Origin: Eubacteriales bacterium
GTDB taxonomy: Bacteria > Bacillota > Clostridia > Oscillospirales > CAG-272
DNA: 64,000 bases
Reading direction: 5' to 3'
Assembly: GCA_045656985.1 (NCBI GenBank)
Contig: JAZOSH010000014.1
Span: 6,326 to 70,325 of the forward strand
Part shown: piece after piece, positions 51,913 to 60,892 of the stretch
Layout of the letters: each line of letters opens with the position of its first letter
Numbering within the stretch: the stretch's first letter is position 1
The notes under the pieces: model-generated
What the model was told of the DNA's origin: nothing
The model's input: only the letters and a program-made list of their open reading frames with translations
Database searches by the model: none
Translations under genes and position numbers: made by a program

Positions 51913-51927
51913 TAGAAACTGATAAAG

Positions 51928-53337
51928 ATGGATAAGTATAAGAGGCTTGTATCAAACGCATTTATCTTTGCGGCGGGTACCTTTACATCAAAGCTGCTCG
52001 TGCTCTTGCTTATGCCGCTTTACACGAGCATACTCTCAACAGATCAGTATGGTGTATCCGATCTCATCACGCAGACGGCAAATCTTTTGATACCGCTTGC
52101 CTGCGTGGGAGTTTGCGAAGGAATTTTCAGATTTGCCATTGACAGTGAGAATAAGAAAGGAATTTTCTCAAGCGCGCTTTGCGTGATATTTGCGGGTTCG
52201 GCAGCACTGCTTCTTCTTTCACCTCTATTTATCTTTTTCAAGGTGCTTGAAGGATATGGCTGGCTTATTTGCGCTTATGTTATTTGTGCAAATCTGCACA
52301 GTGCCTGTGCGCAGTATGTAAGGGCAAGGGGAAATACAGTCACCTTTGCGGTGCAGGGAATAGCCAATACCGCGCTCACCATCATATACAATCTTGTATT
52401 TCTTATCGTATTTGATATGGGGGTCACGGGATATGTGCTTTCGGTGGTCTGTGCCGATCTTACTGTAACTATCGGACTTTTCCTTTTCTCAAAGCTTTAC
52501 AGAGATTTTTCTTTCTCTCGCTTTGAGTGGAGGACTGTGAAGGAAATGCTGAAATTCAGCATTCCTTATATCCCAACAACTATGCTTTGGCTCGTTGTCA
52601 GCGCATCTGACAGATTTATGGTCACTTATTTCCACGGTGAGGATGCCAACGGACTTTATGCTGCCTCATATAAGATACCAACACTACTAACACTTGTTTG
52701 CGGCATATTTATTGAGGCATGGCAGATCTCCGCAGTAAGCGACGGGGGAGACGAGAACGCAAGAAACGACTTCTTTTCAACGGTCTATAAAAATTATTTG
52801 AGTGTAATGGTGGCAGGTGCCGCGTTTTTGATAGCCGGCTCGCGTATTTTTACGGGAATATTGCTTGCGGACAGCTATTATTCCTCATGGGAATATATTC
52901 CCGTGCTAACATTGGCGACAATGTTCTCGGCACTAGTGTCCTTTATGGGAAGCGTTTATTTCCTTGAGAAAAAAAGTGTTTTCTCAATGTTCACGGCACT
53001 ATCGGGTGCGGTGGTCAATGTGGTGCTGAATCTTTTAATGATACCTGCGCACGGAGCGATGGGCGCGGCTGTGGCAACACTTATAAGCTATGTCGCAGTC
53101 TATGCTATACGCGCGATAGATACACAGAATTATGTAAAATTCAATACAAGAAGCGGGTGGCTTATAATAAATGCGGTCTTGCTCTTGATTGAGACGCTTA
53201 TTATGTGCTCGGGCATAAGATATTCGCAGTATATTGCAATCGCGCTGTTTTGTGTTATTGCAATAATAAACCTCAAGGGTATAATTGAGACAGTTGTTAA
53301 GGTGCTTGGTACTTTTATAAAAAAATTAAAAAAATAA
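51928..53337 (+). CDS. MOP-superfamily polysaccharide/oligosaccharide flippase
   Basis: 469 aa, roughly 12-14 TM helices, with a Polysacc_synt-like N-terminus (LVSNAFIFAAGTFTSKLL). Confidence 0.7.
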   Translation: MDKYKRLVSNAFIFAAGTFTSKLLVLLLMPLYTSILSTDQYGVSDLITQTANLLIPLACVGVCEGIFRFAIDSENKKGIFSSALCVIFAGSAALLLLSPLFIFFKVLEGYGWLICAYVICANLHSACAQYVRARGNTVTFAVQGIANTALTIIYNLVFLIVFDMGVTGYVLSVVCADLTVTIGLFLFSKLYRDFSFSRFEWRTVKEMLKFSIPYIPTTMLWLVVSASDRFMVTYFHGEDANGLYAASYKIPTLLTLVCGIFIEAWQISAVSDGGDENARNDFFSTVYKNYLSVMVAGAAFLIAGSRIFTGILLADSYYSSWEYIPVLTLATMFSALVSFMGSVYFLEKKSVFSMFTALSGAVVNVVLNLLMIPAHGAMGAAVATLISYVAVYAIRAIDTQNYVKFNTRSGWLIINAVLLLIETLIMCSGIRYSQYIAIALFCVIAIINLKGIIETVVKVLGTFIKKLKK

Positions 53338-53348
53338 TTAAAAAACTC

Positions 53349-53377
53349 TTGCATTTGGCTTATATATATGTTATAAT
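53349..53377 (+). promoter_or_regulatory. SigA-type promoter (TTGCAT-N17-TATAAT, TGn) for rplS
   Basis: TTGCAT at 53349-53354, spacer ending TGT, TATAAT at 53372-53377. Confidence 0.6.
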
Positions 53378-53465
53378 ATAGAGCAATGTGTGCAAAAACA
53401 CGAAAAAAAGGGCAGTCCGCTGCGCAGCTCTGCATGAATGCCCCGAATTTAAGGAGGACTGAAAA

Positions 53466-53807
53466 ATGGATTTGATTCAGGCTTTTACAAACGAGCAGAT
53501 CAAGACAGAGGTTCCTGTGATCAGAATTGGTGACACTATCCGTGTTCACAACAAGATCAAGGAGGGAAACAGAGAGAGAATTCAGATGTTTGAGGGTACT
53601 GTAATCGCTAAGCATGGCGGCGGCATCTCCGAGACATTCACTGTAAGAAGAGTTTCCTATGGTTGTGGAGTTGAGAAGACATTCCCCATCCATTCCCCTA
53701 ATGTAGCCAAGGTTGACATCATCCGTGTAGGTAAGGTTAGACGCGCTAAGCTCTACTACCTCCGTGATAGAGTCGGTAAGGCATCCAAGGTTAAAGAGAA
53801 GATCTAA
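53466..53807 (+). CDS. rplS: 50S ribosomal protein L19
   Basis: Conserved [35 protein letters not shown]. Confidence 0.95.
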   Translation: MDLIQAFTNEQIKTEVPVIRIGDTIRVHNKIKEGNRERIQMFEGTVIAKHGGGISETFTVRRVSYGCGVEKTFPIHSPNVAKVDIIRVGKVRRAKLYYLRDRVGKASKVKEKI

Positions 53808-53819
53808 CTTTGACTTACA

Positions 53820-53854
53820 AAAAGAGAGAAACCTCATGGGTTTCTCTCTTTTTG
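53820..53854. terminator. bidirectional intrinsic terminator (rplS / mnmA)
   Basis: Stem GAGAGAAACC / GGTTTCTCTC flanked by an A-run and a T-run. Confidence 0.8.
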
Positions 53855-53855
53855 T

Positions 53856-54926
53856 TTATTCAATAATTCCACCACCCACAAGGATGTCGCCGTCATAAAG
53901 AACGACCGACTGTCCTTTTGCAGGTGCACGCTGTGGCTCATCAAACTCAACAACAAAGGTGTCTTGCGAGGTTTGTGTGACCGTTGCCCACGCAGGCTCG
54001 TGACGGTAGCGTATCTTTGCCTTGAGGCGAGTTGGTTCTGTGAGTGCCTCTACGCCCGAGAAAACCGCGCTGTGTGCCGCGACGACAGATTTATAAAGCT
54101 CGGCATCGTCGCAAAGTGTTACCGTGTTGTTGGTAGGATTTTTGGCGCATACGAAGGCGGGCTTGCCGAGTGCGATGCCGAGTCCCTTGCGCTGACCTAC
54201 TGTGTAGCGGATAATTCCTTGGTGCTTGCCAAGTATATTTCCATTTGTGTCAATGAAAGCGCCGCTCGGGAACTCCTCGTCGGTTGTTTTTTCAATAAAG
54301 CCGATATAATCTCCGTCGGGAATAAAGCATATGTCCTGACTGTCCGACTTGTGAGCGTTTACAAAGCCGTGCTCGGCGGCAACACTGCGTATCTCATCCT
54401 TTGCCATATCTCCAAGAGGGAATATCACACGGGATAATTCGTTTTGCGTGAGCTGCCAGAGAAAATATGACTGGTCCTTTGACTTGTCTTTTGCACGCAA
54501 AATACGGTATCTGCCGTTATTATCTTGCTCAATTCTTGCATAATGTCCTGTTGCAAGCTTATCGTAACCGTGTGAGAGGGCAAACTTGAGAAGCTTGCCA
54601 AATTTTATCGTGCGGTTACACTCAACACATGGGTTGGGTGTACCGCCCTTTTTGTATTCGTCAATAAATCGGTCTATTACACAGCTTCGGAAGCTTTCCC
54701 CGTACTGAACGGCAAAATGCCCGATGCCAAGTGTGCTGCATATGGCTTTCGCATCGTCAATATCGGGTGTTGTTTCGGTGACTCTCTCGCTATCGCAAAG
54801 GGGATTTTCGGCATCATATAGCTTCATGGTGACACCTGCGGTCTCATACCCCGCATTCTTTATAAAGAGTGCCGCCACCGCGCTGTCAACACCGCCACTC
54901 ATAGCGACCAAAACCTTTTCCTTCAT
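53856..54926 (-). CDS. mnmA: tRNA 2-thiouridine(34) synthase
   Basis: PP-loop VAMSGGVDS. ATG 54926 preferred; the track start at 55007 would run into trmL. Confidence 0.93.
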   Translation of the reverse strand: MKEKVLVAMSGGVDSAVAALFIKNAGYETAGVTMKLYDAENPLCDSERVTETTPDIDDAKAICSTLGIGHFAVQYGESFRSCVIDRFIDEYKKGGTPNPCVECNRTIKFGKLLKFALSHGYDKLATGHYARIEQDNNGRYRILRAKDKSKDQSYFLWQLTQNELSRVIFPLGDMAKDEIRSVAAEHGFVNAHKSDSQDICFIPDGDYIGFIEKTTDEEFPSGAFIDTNGNILGKHQGIIRYTVGQRKGLGIALGKPAFVCAKNPTNNTVTLCDDAELYKSVVAAHSAVFSGVEALTEPTRLKAKIRYRHEPAWATVTQTSQDTFVVEFDEPQRAPAKGQSVVLYDGDILVGGGIIE

Positions 54927-54936
54927 ATCTTTTTCC

Positions 54937-55434
54937 TTACCATTCAAATTTTGTAAGCTGACCCTCACCCGAAAGTCCCTCAAAGTTGCGCTGGCGGAAT
55001 ATCTCATAAACAGCTATCGCCACAGAATTTGAAAGATTAAGTGAGCGCAATGTGTCACGCATAGGTATCCGTACGCAGTGCTCACGGTTTTTATAGAGAA
55101 GCTCCTCGGGAAGTCCGCGTGACTCTTTACCAAACATGATAAATACATTTTTGGGGTAGCTTACCTCTGTATATGTCTGTGGAGCCTTGGTTGAAAAATA
55201 AAAGACCTCGGCCCCTTCATTTTTTGAATAAAAATCCTCAAGCCCGTCGTAATATGTTATATCAAGCTTGTCCCAATAGTCAAGGCCTGCGCGCTTAAGC
55301 TTTTTATCGTCAACAGTAAAGCCCATAGGCTTTATCAGGTGAAGAGATGCGCCTGTTGCGGCGCAGGTGCGGGCAATGTTTCCCGTATTCTGCGGTATCT
55401 CGGGCTCGTGAAGTACAATGTTTATCTTACTCAT
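54937..55434 (-). CDS. trmL: tRNA (cytidine/uridine-2'-O-)-methyltransferase TrmL (SpoU family)
   Basis: 165-aa SPOUT protein with motifs NTGNIARTC and LNLSNSVAIAVYE. Confidence 0.9.
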   Translation of the reverse strand: MSKINIVLHEPEIPQNTGNIARTCAATGASLHLIKPMGFTVDDKKLKRAGLDYWDKLDITYYDGLEDFYSKNEGAEVFYFSTKAPQTYTEVSYPKNVFIMFGKESRGLPEELLYKNREHCVRIPMRDTLRSLNLSNSVAIAVYEIFRQRNFEGLSGEGQLTKFEW

Positions 55435-55462
55435 ATATATGTCCTTACAGTTTAATAAATAT

Positions 55463-55491
55463 ATTATATATCGTTACGGCTTATTTTGCAA
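55463..55491 (-). promoter_or_regulatory. SigA-type promoter (TTGCAA-N17-TATAAT) for trmL-mnmA
   Basis: Minus-strand read: TTGCAA (55491-55486), 17-nt spacer, TATAAT (55468-55463). Confidence 0.55.
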
Positions 55492-55541
55492 GTATTAGTA
55501 AAAAATTTACAAAAGCGAAGGACAGGCTTTTCAAAAAATTC

Positions 55542-55570
55542 TTGCAATAAGAGCGTATATGTAGTATAAT
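55542..55570 (+). promoter_or_regulatory. SigA-type promoter (TTGCAA-N17-TATAAT) for secA
   Basis: TTGCAA at 55542-55547, 17-nt spacer, TATAAT at 55565-55570. Confidence 0.6.
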
Positions 55571-55602
55571 TAAATAAATATGATTATTTTTCGGAGGTTT
55601 CA

Positions 55603-58329
55603 ATGGGACTTATAGAAAAGCTCTTCGGAACATACAGTGAAAGACAGCTAAAGAAGCTTACAAAGCTTGTTGATAATATAGAGGATCTTGCACCGAAATA
55701 CAAGGAGATGAGCGAGGCAGAGCTTTCGGGCACAACCGCGCTTCTCAAGGAAAGACTCGCAAACGGCGAGACGCTTGACGATATTCTTCCCGATGCCTTT
55801 GCCGCTATCCGTGAGGCAGATGACAGGGTGCTTGGCAAGCGTCCCTTCCGTGTTCAGCTCATAGGCGGTATAATTCTTCATCAGGGCCGCGTTGCAGAGA
55901 TGAAAACGGGAGAGGGGAAGACTCTTGTTGCGACAATGCCCGCATACCTCAATGCACTTACAGGCAAGGGCGTGCATATTGTTACAGTTAACGACTATCT
56001 TGCAAGACGAGATAGTGAGGAGATGGGAAGAGTCTTTGAGTTTATGGGACTTACAACAGGTCTTGTCGTTCACGGACTTTCGCATGAGGAAAAGCAGGCG
56101 GCATATCTCGCTGACATAACCTACGGAACGAATAATGAGTTCGGCTTTGATTATCTTCGTGACAATATGGTCGTGTATAAGCATAAGATGGTTCAGCGCG
56201 GACATAATTTCGTTATCGTTGACGAGGTTGACTCTATCCTTATTGACGAGGCTAGAACTCCCCTTATTATATCAGGTGCAGGTGAAAAGTCTACCGATAT
56301 GTATGACAGAGCTAACTCTCTTGCAAGAAGCCTGCGCAAGCATGTGATAAAGGAGATGGACTCAAAGGCAAGCTATGATGATGTTGATGCCGATTATATC
56401 GTCGATGAGAAGGCAAATAATGCGCTCCTTACCCCCAAGGGAACAGAAAGGGTTGAGGAATTCTTTGGAATAGAGAACCTTTCCGATGCGGAAAATGCCG
56501 AGATAGCGCATCATGTAAATCAGGCTATCCGAGCACATGGCATAATGAAGCGTGATGTGGACTATGTTGTAAACGAGAACGGCGTTATGATAGTTGATGC
56601 CTTTACGGGCAGACTTATGCCGGGCAGACGCTTTTCAAACGGCCTTCATCAGGCGATAGAGGCAAAGGAGGGCGTTACCGTTGAGAAGGAGAACAAGACT
56701 CTTGCCACCATCACCTTCCAGAATTATTTCAGAATGTATGCAAAGCTCTCGGGTATGACGGGAACTGCACTTACAGAAGAAACTGAATTCAGAGAAATAT
56801 ATAACATTGATGTTGTTGAGATCCCTACCAACAGACCGATGATAAGGTGTGACCACCCTGACACGGTTTATAAAACGGTAGCGGGAAAGTACGATGCGGT
56901 TGTTTCCGAGATAATAAGGTGTCACGAGAAGGGACAACCCGTGCTTGTAGGTACTGTTTCCATTGATAAATCGGAGGAGCTTTCAAGGAGACTTCGCAGA
57001 GAAGGAATTCCTCATAATGTCCTTAATGCAAAGCATCACGATAAGGAGGCGGAGATAGTAGCACAGGCAGGTAAATACGGTGCTGTAACAATCTCTACCA
57101 ACATGGCAGGACGAGGCACCGATATTATGCTTGGTGGAAATCCCGAGTATATGGCGAAGCGCGAGATGCGCAAGATGGATATTGATGAAGAGCTTATCGC
57201 GATGGCAACAGGTACTGCCGAGCTTGATGATGAAAATGTTCGCGAGGCAAGGGCGACCTTCCGTAAGCTTTTTGAAAAGTATAAGGCAGAGATCGCGCCC
57301 GAAGCAGAGCGCGTAAGGGAAGCGGGTGGCCTTTTCATTCTCGGTACAGAAAGACACGAGAGCCGCCGTATAGACAATCAGCTTCGCGGTCGTTCGGGTC
57401 GACAGGGTGATCCAGGTGAGTCAAGATTCTATCTTTCGCTTGAGGACGATCTTATGCGTCTTTTCGGCTCTGACAGAATGATAGGAATGGTAGATAGGCT
57501 CGGTATTCCTGATGATATGCCTATTGATGCAAAGCTGCTTTCAAATACCATTGAGTCAGCACAGAAGAAGATAGAGGATCAGAACTTCCGCCGCCGTAAA
57601 TATGTGCTTACCTATGATGATGTGATGAATCAGCAGAGAAATCTCATCTATAAGCAGAGAAATGAGGTTCTTGATGGTGAGGATATAAGTGCGACCATCA
57701 AGAAGATGATATATGGCACGGTGGGCGAAACTGCCCACAAATACCTTGCGGGCGATGACGCGTCTCTTTGGGATGTTGAGGGGCTTCTTGATAATTTCAA
57801 GGGACTTATTGTTTCGGAGGGTGAGTTTGACGCTGAAGAATTGAGAACTCATTCAAGAGATGAAATAATAGAGATGCTCTGCGAAAAGGTAGACAGCGTA
57901 TATCACTCCAAGGAAATGTTGCTTGGTGAGGAAAAGTTGAGAGAGATAGAGAGGGCTATCCTTCTTCAGAATGTTGACAGAAGCTGGATGGACCATATTG
58001 ATGCAATGGATGACCTCAAGGACAGCATAAGGCTTCAGTCCTACGCACAGCGTGATCCCGTATCTGAATACAGAATTCAGGGTGCAGATATGTTTGATGC
58101 TATGATAGAGGAGATACGCAATAAGACCACACGAATGATCCTCTCAATCACAGTAAAGGCGCCTGCAGTCAAGCGCGTTCAGGTTGCAAATCCTATTTCT
58201 GAGGGCTTTGACGGAGAGTCAAGGTCTCAAAAGAGAGTAACTGTTAAAAAGAAGGAAAAGGTCGGTCCCAACGAGCCTTGTCCCTGCGGCAGCGGAAAGA
58301 AATACAAGATGTGCTGCGGCTTGAAATAA
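55603..58329 (+). CDS. secA: preprotein translocase ATPase SecA
   Basis: Walker A MKTGEGKT, DEAD-like DEVD, and a C-terminal Zn finger CPCGSGKKYKMCCG. Confidence 0.97.
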   Translation: MGLIEKLFGTYSERQLKKLTKLVDNIEDLAPKYKEMSEAELSGTTALLKERLANGETLDDILPDAFAAIREADDRVLGKRPFRVQLIGGIILHQGRVAEMKTGEGKTLVATMPAYLNALTGKGVHIVTVNDYLARRDSEEMGRVFEFMGLTTGLVVHGLSHEEKQAAYLADITYGTNNEFGFDYLRDNMVVYKHKMVQRGHNFVIVDEVDSILIDEARTPLIISGAGEKSTDMYDRANSLARSLRKHVIKEMDSKASYDDVDADYIVDEKANNALLTPKGTERVEEFFGIENLSDAENAEIAHHVNQAIRAHGIMKRDVDYVVNENGVMIVDAFTGRLMPGRRFSNGLHQAIEAKEGVTVEKENKTLATITFQNYFRMYAKLSGMTGTALTEETEFREIYNIDVVEIPTNRPMIRCDHPDTVYKTVAGKYDAVVSEIIRCHEKGQPVLVGTVSIDKSEELSRRLRREGIPHNVLNAKHHDKEAEIVAQAGKYGAVTISTNMAGRGTDIMLGGNPEYMAKREMRKMDIDEELIAMATGTAELDDENVREARATFRKLFEKYKAEIAPEAERVREAGGLFILGTERHESRRIDNQLRGRSGRQGDPGESRFYLSLEDDLMRLFGSDRMIGMVDRLGIPDDMPIDAKLLSNTIESAQKKIEDQNFRRRKYVLTYDDVMNQQRNLIYKQRNEVLDGEDISATIKKMIYGTVGETAHKYLAGDDASLWDVEGLLDNFKGLIVSEGEFDAEELRTHSRDEIIEMLCEKVDSVYHSKEMLLGEEKLREIERAILLQNVDRSWMDHIDAMDDLKDSIRLQSYAQRDPVSEYRIQGADMFDAMIEEIRNKTTRMILSITVKAPAVKRVQVANPISEGFDGESRSQKRVTVKKKEKVGPNEPCPCGSGKKYKMCCGLK

Positions 58330-58339
58330 TATAAATATC

Positions 58340-58363
58340 ATGCCCTGCGGTGACGCAGGGCAT
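58340..58363 (+). terminator. GC-rich hairpin after secA (weak or partial terminator)
   Basis: Stem ATGCCCTGCG / CGCAGGGCAT with loop GTGA. The T-run arrives only after an 8-nt gap. Confidence 0.4.
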
Positions 58364-58376
58364 AGAAAGAGTTTTT

Positions 58377-59096
58377 ATGGGCTTTGGACTTTTATTTACA
58401 GGATATTTTATGGCGCAGCTTATGTCTGTGCATAGCTATGGCTTTTTGATTGAGCTTTTTGGCTATGCCCTTATTGCCGTGTCCTGCGTAAAGCTCCGCC
58501 GCTATAACGATGCTTTTGGATATCCTCTTGTAGGCGCTATCCTTATGTCACTCTGCTCGGTGACAACGCTTGCTATCGCTTTGTGGAATTTCCTGTATGA
58601 CAGTCTTATTATCAGCATTCCGCTTGTCTCATTCCTTGAGAACGATTCTCTGCTTATGCATATAGGAATGTTGTCAGAGATATTCTTCCACGCATCGCTC
58701 CTTATAGCGGTAAGAAGGATATCGCGTGAGACAGAGGTGGAAAAGACAGCATATGCATCGGTAAGAAATCTTATATTTCTCGCGGTGTATTATGTTATGT
58801 TTTATATAGCATATATACCATTTGAGGCAAGGGAAGACTATATACGGGCTTTTGGACTTCCCACTATTCTTGTCTATTATGTGTGTGTAGTTCTCAATCT
58901 CATTCTTTTCTTCAACTGCTACGCGAGGATATGCGATGAGAGCGATGTGAATATGGAGCGCAAGCCCTCAAGATTCGACTTTATCAATAGGCTTCGAGAG
59001 GAAAGTGACAGGCGCGAGAAAAAGGCTATAGACTCAACAAATGAGTATATTGAAAAGAAAAAGGCAGAGCGAGAGGCTCGCCGAAAGAAAAAATAA
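58377..59096 (+). CDS. polytopic membrane protein of unknown function, basic coiled C-tail
   Basis: About 6 TM segments. ATG 58377 follows AGAAAGAG; the track GTG 58350 lies inside the hairpin. Confidence 0.6.
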   Translation: MGFGLLFTGYFMAQLMSVHSYGFLIELFGYALIAVSCVKLRRYNDAFGYPLVGAILMSLCSVTTLAIALWNFLYDSLIISIPLVSFLENDSLLMHIGMLSEIFFHASLLIAVRRISRETEVEKTAYASVRNLIFLAVYYVMFYIAYIPFEAREDYIRAFGLPTILVYYVCVVLNLILFFNCYARICDESDVNMERKPSRFDFINRLREESDRREKKAIDSTNEYIEKKKAEREARRKKK

Positions 59097-59109
59097 TGGG
59101 AGGAAGACT

Positions 59110-60480
59110 ATGGAAAAAGCGAAAAACAGCTTTGCTTTATGGCAGCTACCTGTGGCATTTTTGTTTCTCTTCAACCCGAATGTTGCGGTAATTGATCTTC
59201 TGCCCGATGCAATAGGATACCTGCTTATTTGCGCGGCACTCTTCCGCCTTTCGGACATGAACGGAGCGCTTTCCGAGGCACATAAGCTTTTCGGCAGAAT
59301 GGTAGCTGTGGATATCGCAAAGCTTTTGTCGGTATTTATGATATTCGGACTTTCATATGGCGGAGAGCAGAGCACCTTGCTTCTTCTCATTTCCTTCGCG
59401 TTTGGCGTTATTGAGCTGTTTTTGCTTATTCCTGCATATAACAATCTTTTTACGGGATTTTTACAGCTTGGATATAAGTATGATAACAATTCAATTATGG
59501 GCAGCCCGAACGGAGGTCATGCTAAAAAGAATTACACCGAGAGAGCAGCGGGGATCACCTCATTTTACATAATTTTTAAGGTCATAATGTGTGTCCTCCC
59601 CGAGTTTTCAGTGCTCGCAACACAGTCGGCAGATACGGCGGTATCAACGGTCAATCTTTATGATTTTATAAGTCTGCTTCGCGGTGCGTCGATACTCCTC
59701 TGTACGGTGGTTGGACTTGTATGGCTCGCGAAGATGATCTGTTACTTTGCAAGAATAAGAAGGGATAGATCGCTTATTGCTGAAATTTCAAATGATTACA
59801 CTAAAAATGTTCTACCTAACAAGAGTATATTTCTTCGCAGGCGTCTTAAGAATGCCTTCTTCCTTATTGGCGGGTTCGCTTTGCTCTCGCTTGATGTAAA
59901 GCTTGACAATATAAATGCTATACCCGATGTGTTTTCTGCCTTACTGTTGTTGATTGCACTTATTTGCATAAGGCGGGAGATCGTATCTTATAAAAAGTAT
60001 CTCGGTGTTACTTTTATATACGCTATCATCTCAATTATGGCGGGATATGTTGAAAACGGTTTCTTTGAAAAATATTATTACAGCGCGGTGATAAGGAGTG
60101 AGGAGGCGGCAAGCCATTATATGACGATGCTTTCGCTTTCCGTTCTTGAGGCAGCGTTCTTTCTCTTGTCGGTATTCTGTGTCATCCGTCTTTTAAAAAC
60201 TGTTATCCGTGAATATACGGGATTTTCAGTAGAAGGTGCCGAGACTCTGGCAAAGCAGCGTGTGGCTCTGCTTCATAAGGAGCTTTCGCGCAAGCTTTAT
60301 TTCCTTGCAGGCGGTGCGATAATTTCTGTAGCTGCCGACCTATTTTATGATTTCAGCGCGCATGCCTACGGCTTTGCTGGTCTTGCACGGTGTGCAGGCT
60401 CGCTCGTGTTCTTCCTGACAGCGGTCTACGCACTTGTCGGAATTTATGAAGAGGTAGAAGCAAAATATATGCTTGATTAA
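59110..60480 (+). CDS. polytopic membrane protein of unknown function (two tandem copies of the module in 58377-59096)
   Basis: About 12 TM segments. ATG 59110 follows GGGAGGAAG. The motif LPDAIGYLLI...L recurs as IPDVFSALLL...L. Confidence 0.6.
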   Translation: MEKAKNSFALWQLPVAFLFLFNPNVAVIDLLPDAIGYLLICAALFRLSDMNGALSEAHKLFGRMVAVDIAKLLSVFMIFGLSYGGEQSTLLLLISFAFGVIELFLLIPAYNNLFTGFLQLGYKYDNNSIMGSPNGGHAKKNYTERAAGITSFYIIFKVIMCVLPEFSVLATQSADTAVSTVNLYDFISLLRGASILLCTVVGLVWLAKMICYFARIRRDRSLIAEISNDYTKNVLPNKSIFLRRRLKNAFFLIGGFALLSLDVKLDNINAIPDVFSALLLLIALICIRREIVSYKKYLGVTFIYAIISIMAGYVENGFFEKYYYSAVIRSEEAASHYMTMLSLSVLEAAFFLLSVFCVIRLLKTVIREYTGFSVEGAETLAKQRVALLHKELSRKLYFLAGGAIISVAADLFYDFSAHAYGFAGLARCAGSLVFFLTAVYALVGIYEEVEAKYMLD

Positions 60481-60484
60481 AATA

Positions 60485-60512
60485 AAAGCTCCGTGTATAA
60501 CGGAGCTTTTTT
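60485..60512 (+). terminator. intrinsic terminator
   Basis: Stem AAAGCTCCG / CGGAGCTTT with loop TGTATAA, followed by TTTTTT. Confidence 0.75.
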
Positions 60513-60616
60513 CGGTAAATAATTATCTTGTCCGAGAGATCGGACTCTTGCAGTCATCCGCCGTCGGCAGTGGCTGTAAAAAATACCGTAGGAGCCGACG
60601 GAGAAACGGAGCGGTT

Positions 60617-60781
60617 ATGCAGAACGAACAGAACAAGAAGAATGAACAGAACAATCTGAATAAGAACAATCAGAACAATCAGAACAACCAGAACAACCAG
60701 AACAACCAGAACAACCAGAACAACCAAAACAACCAGAACAACCAAAACAACCAGAACAACCAGAACAACCGCAACAGATAA
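60617..60781 (+). CDS. possible 54-aa Asn/Gln-repeat micro-protein, (NNQ)11
   Basis: ATG preceded by GGAG (60608-60611). The downstream terminator's T-run is on the plus strand, favouring plus-strand transcription. Low-complexity sequence, so coding status is uncertain. Confidence 0.4.
   Translation: MQNEQNKKNEQNNLNKNNQNNQNNQNNQNNQNNQNNQNNQNNQNNQNNQNNRNR
60665..60772 (+). repeat. 9-bp tandem repeat (AACAAYCAR) x 12
   Basis: Counted directly: 11 NNQ units plus one NNR unit, with a few synonymous variants (AAT/AAC, CAG/CAA). Confidence 0.95.
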
Positions 60782-60794
60782 GCTTGTTGACAGA

Positions 60795-60829
60795 GGCGGC
60801 GCAAAATTTTTTGCGCCGCCTTTGCTTTT
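60795..60829 (+). terminator. intrinsic terminator
   Basis: Stem GGCGGCGC / GCGCCGCC with an A/T loop, followed by TTTGCTTTT. Confidence 0.8.
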
Positions 60830-60833
60830 GTCC

Positions 60834-60862
60834 TTGAAAATTTGTGTAAGTTATAGTATAAT
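60834..60862 (+). promoter_or_regulatory. SigA-type promoter (TTGAAA-N17-TATAAT) for pcrA
   Basis: TTGAAA at 60834-60839, 17-nt spacer, TATAAT at 60857-60862. Confidence 0.6.
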
Positions 60863-60892
60863 ATTTATACAACAATTTTTCAAGGATGAATT

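Noticed and set aside
50616-53837. Minus-strand ORFs 50616-51344 and 53130-53837, which span gene boundaries.
   Set aside because: They run antisense across argS/yebC and across the flippase, the intergenic region and rplS, including promoters and terminators. They are not plausible genes.
60554-60875. Minus-strand ORFs through the 9-bp repeat, encoding (VVL)n and (CSG)n peptides.
   Set aside because: They are mirror images of the same tandem repeat. They lack an RBS. The CSG ORF would start inside the pcrA promoter. The flanking terminator has its T-run on the plus strand, indicating plus-strand transcription.
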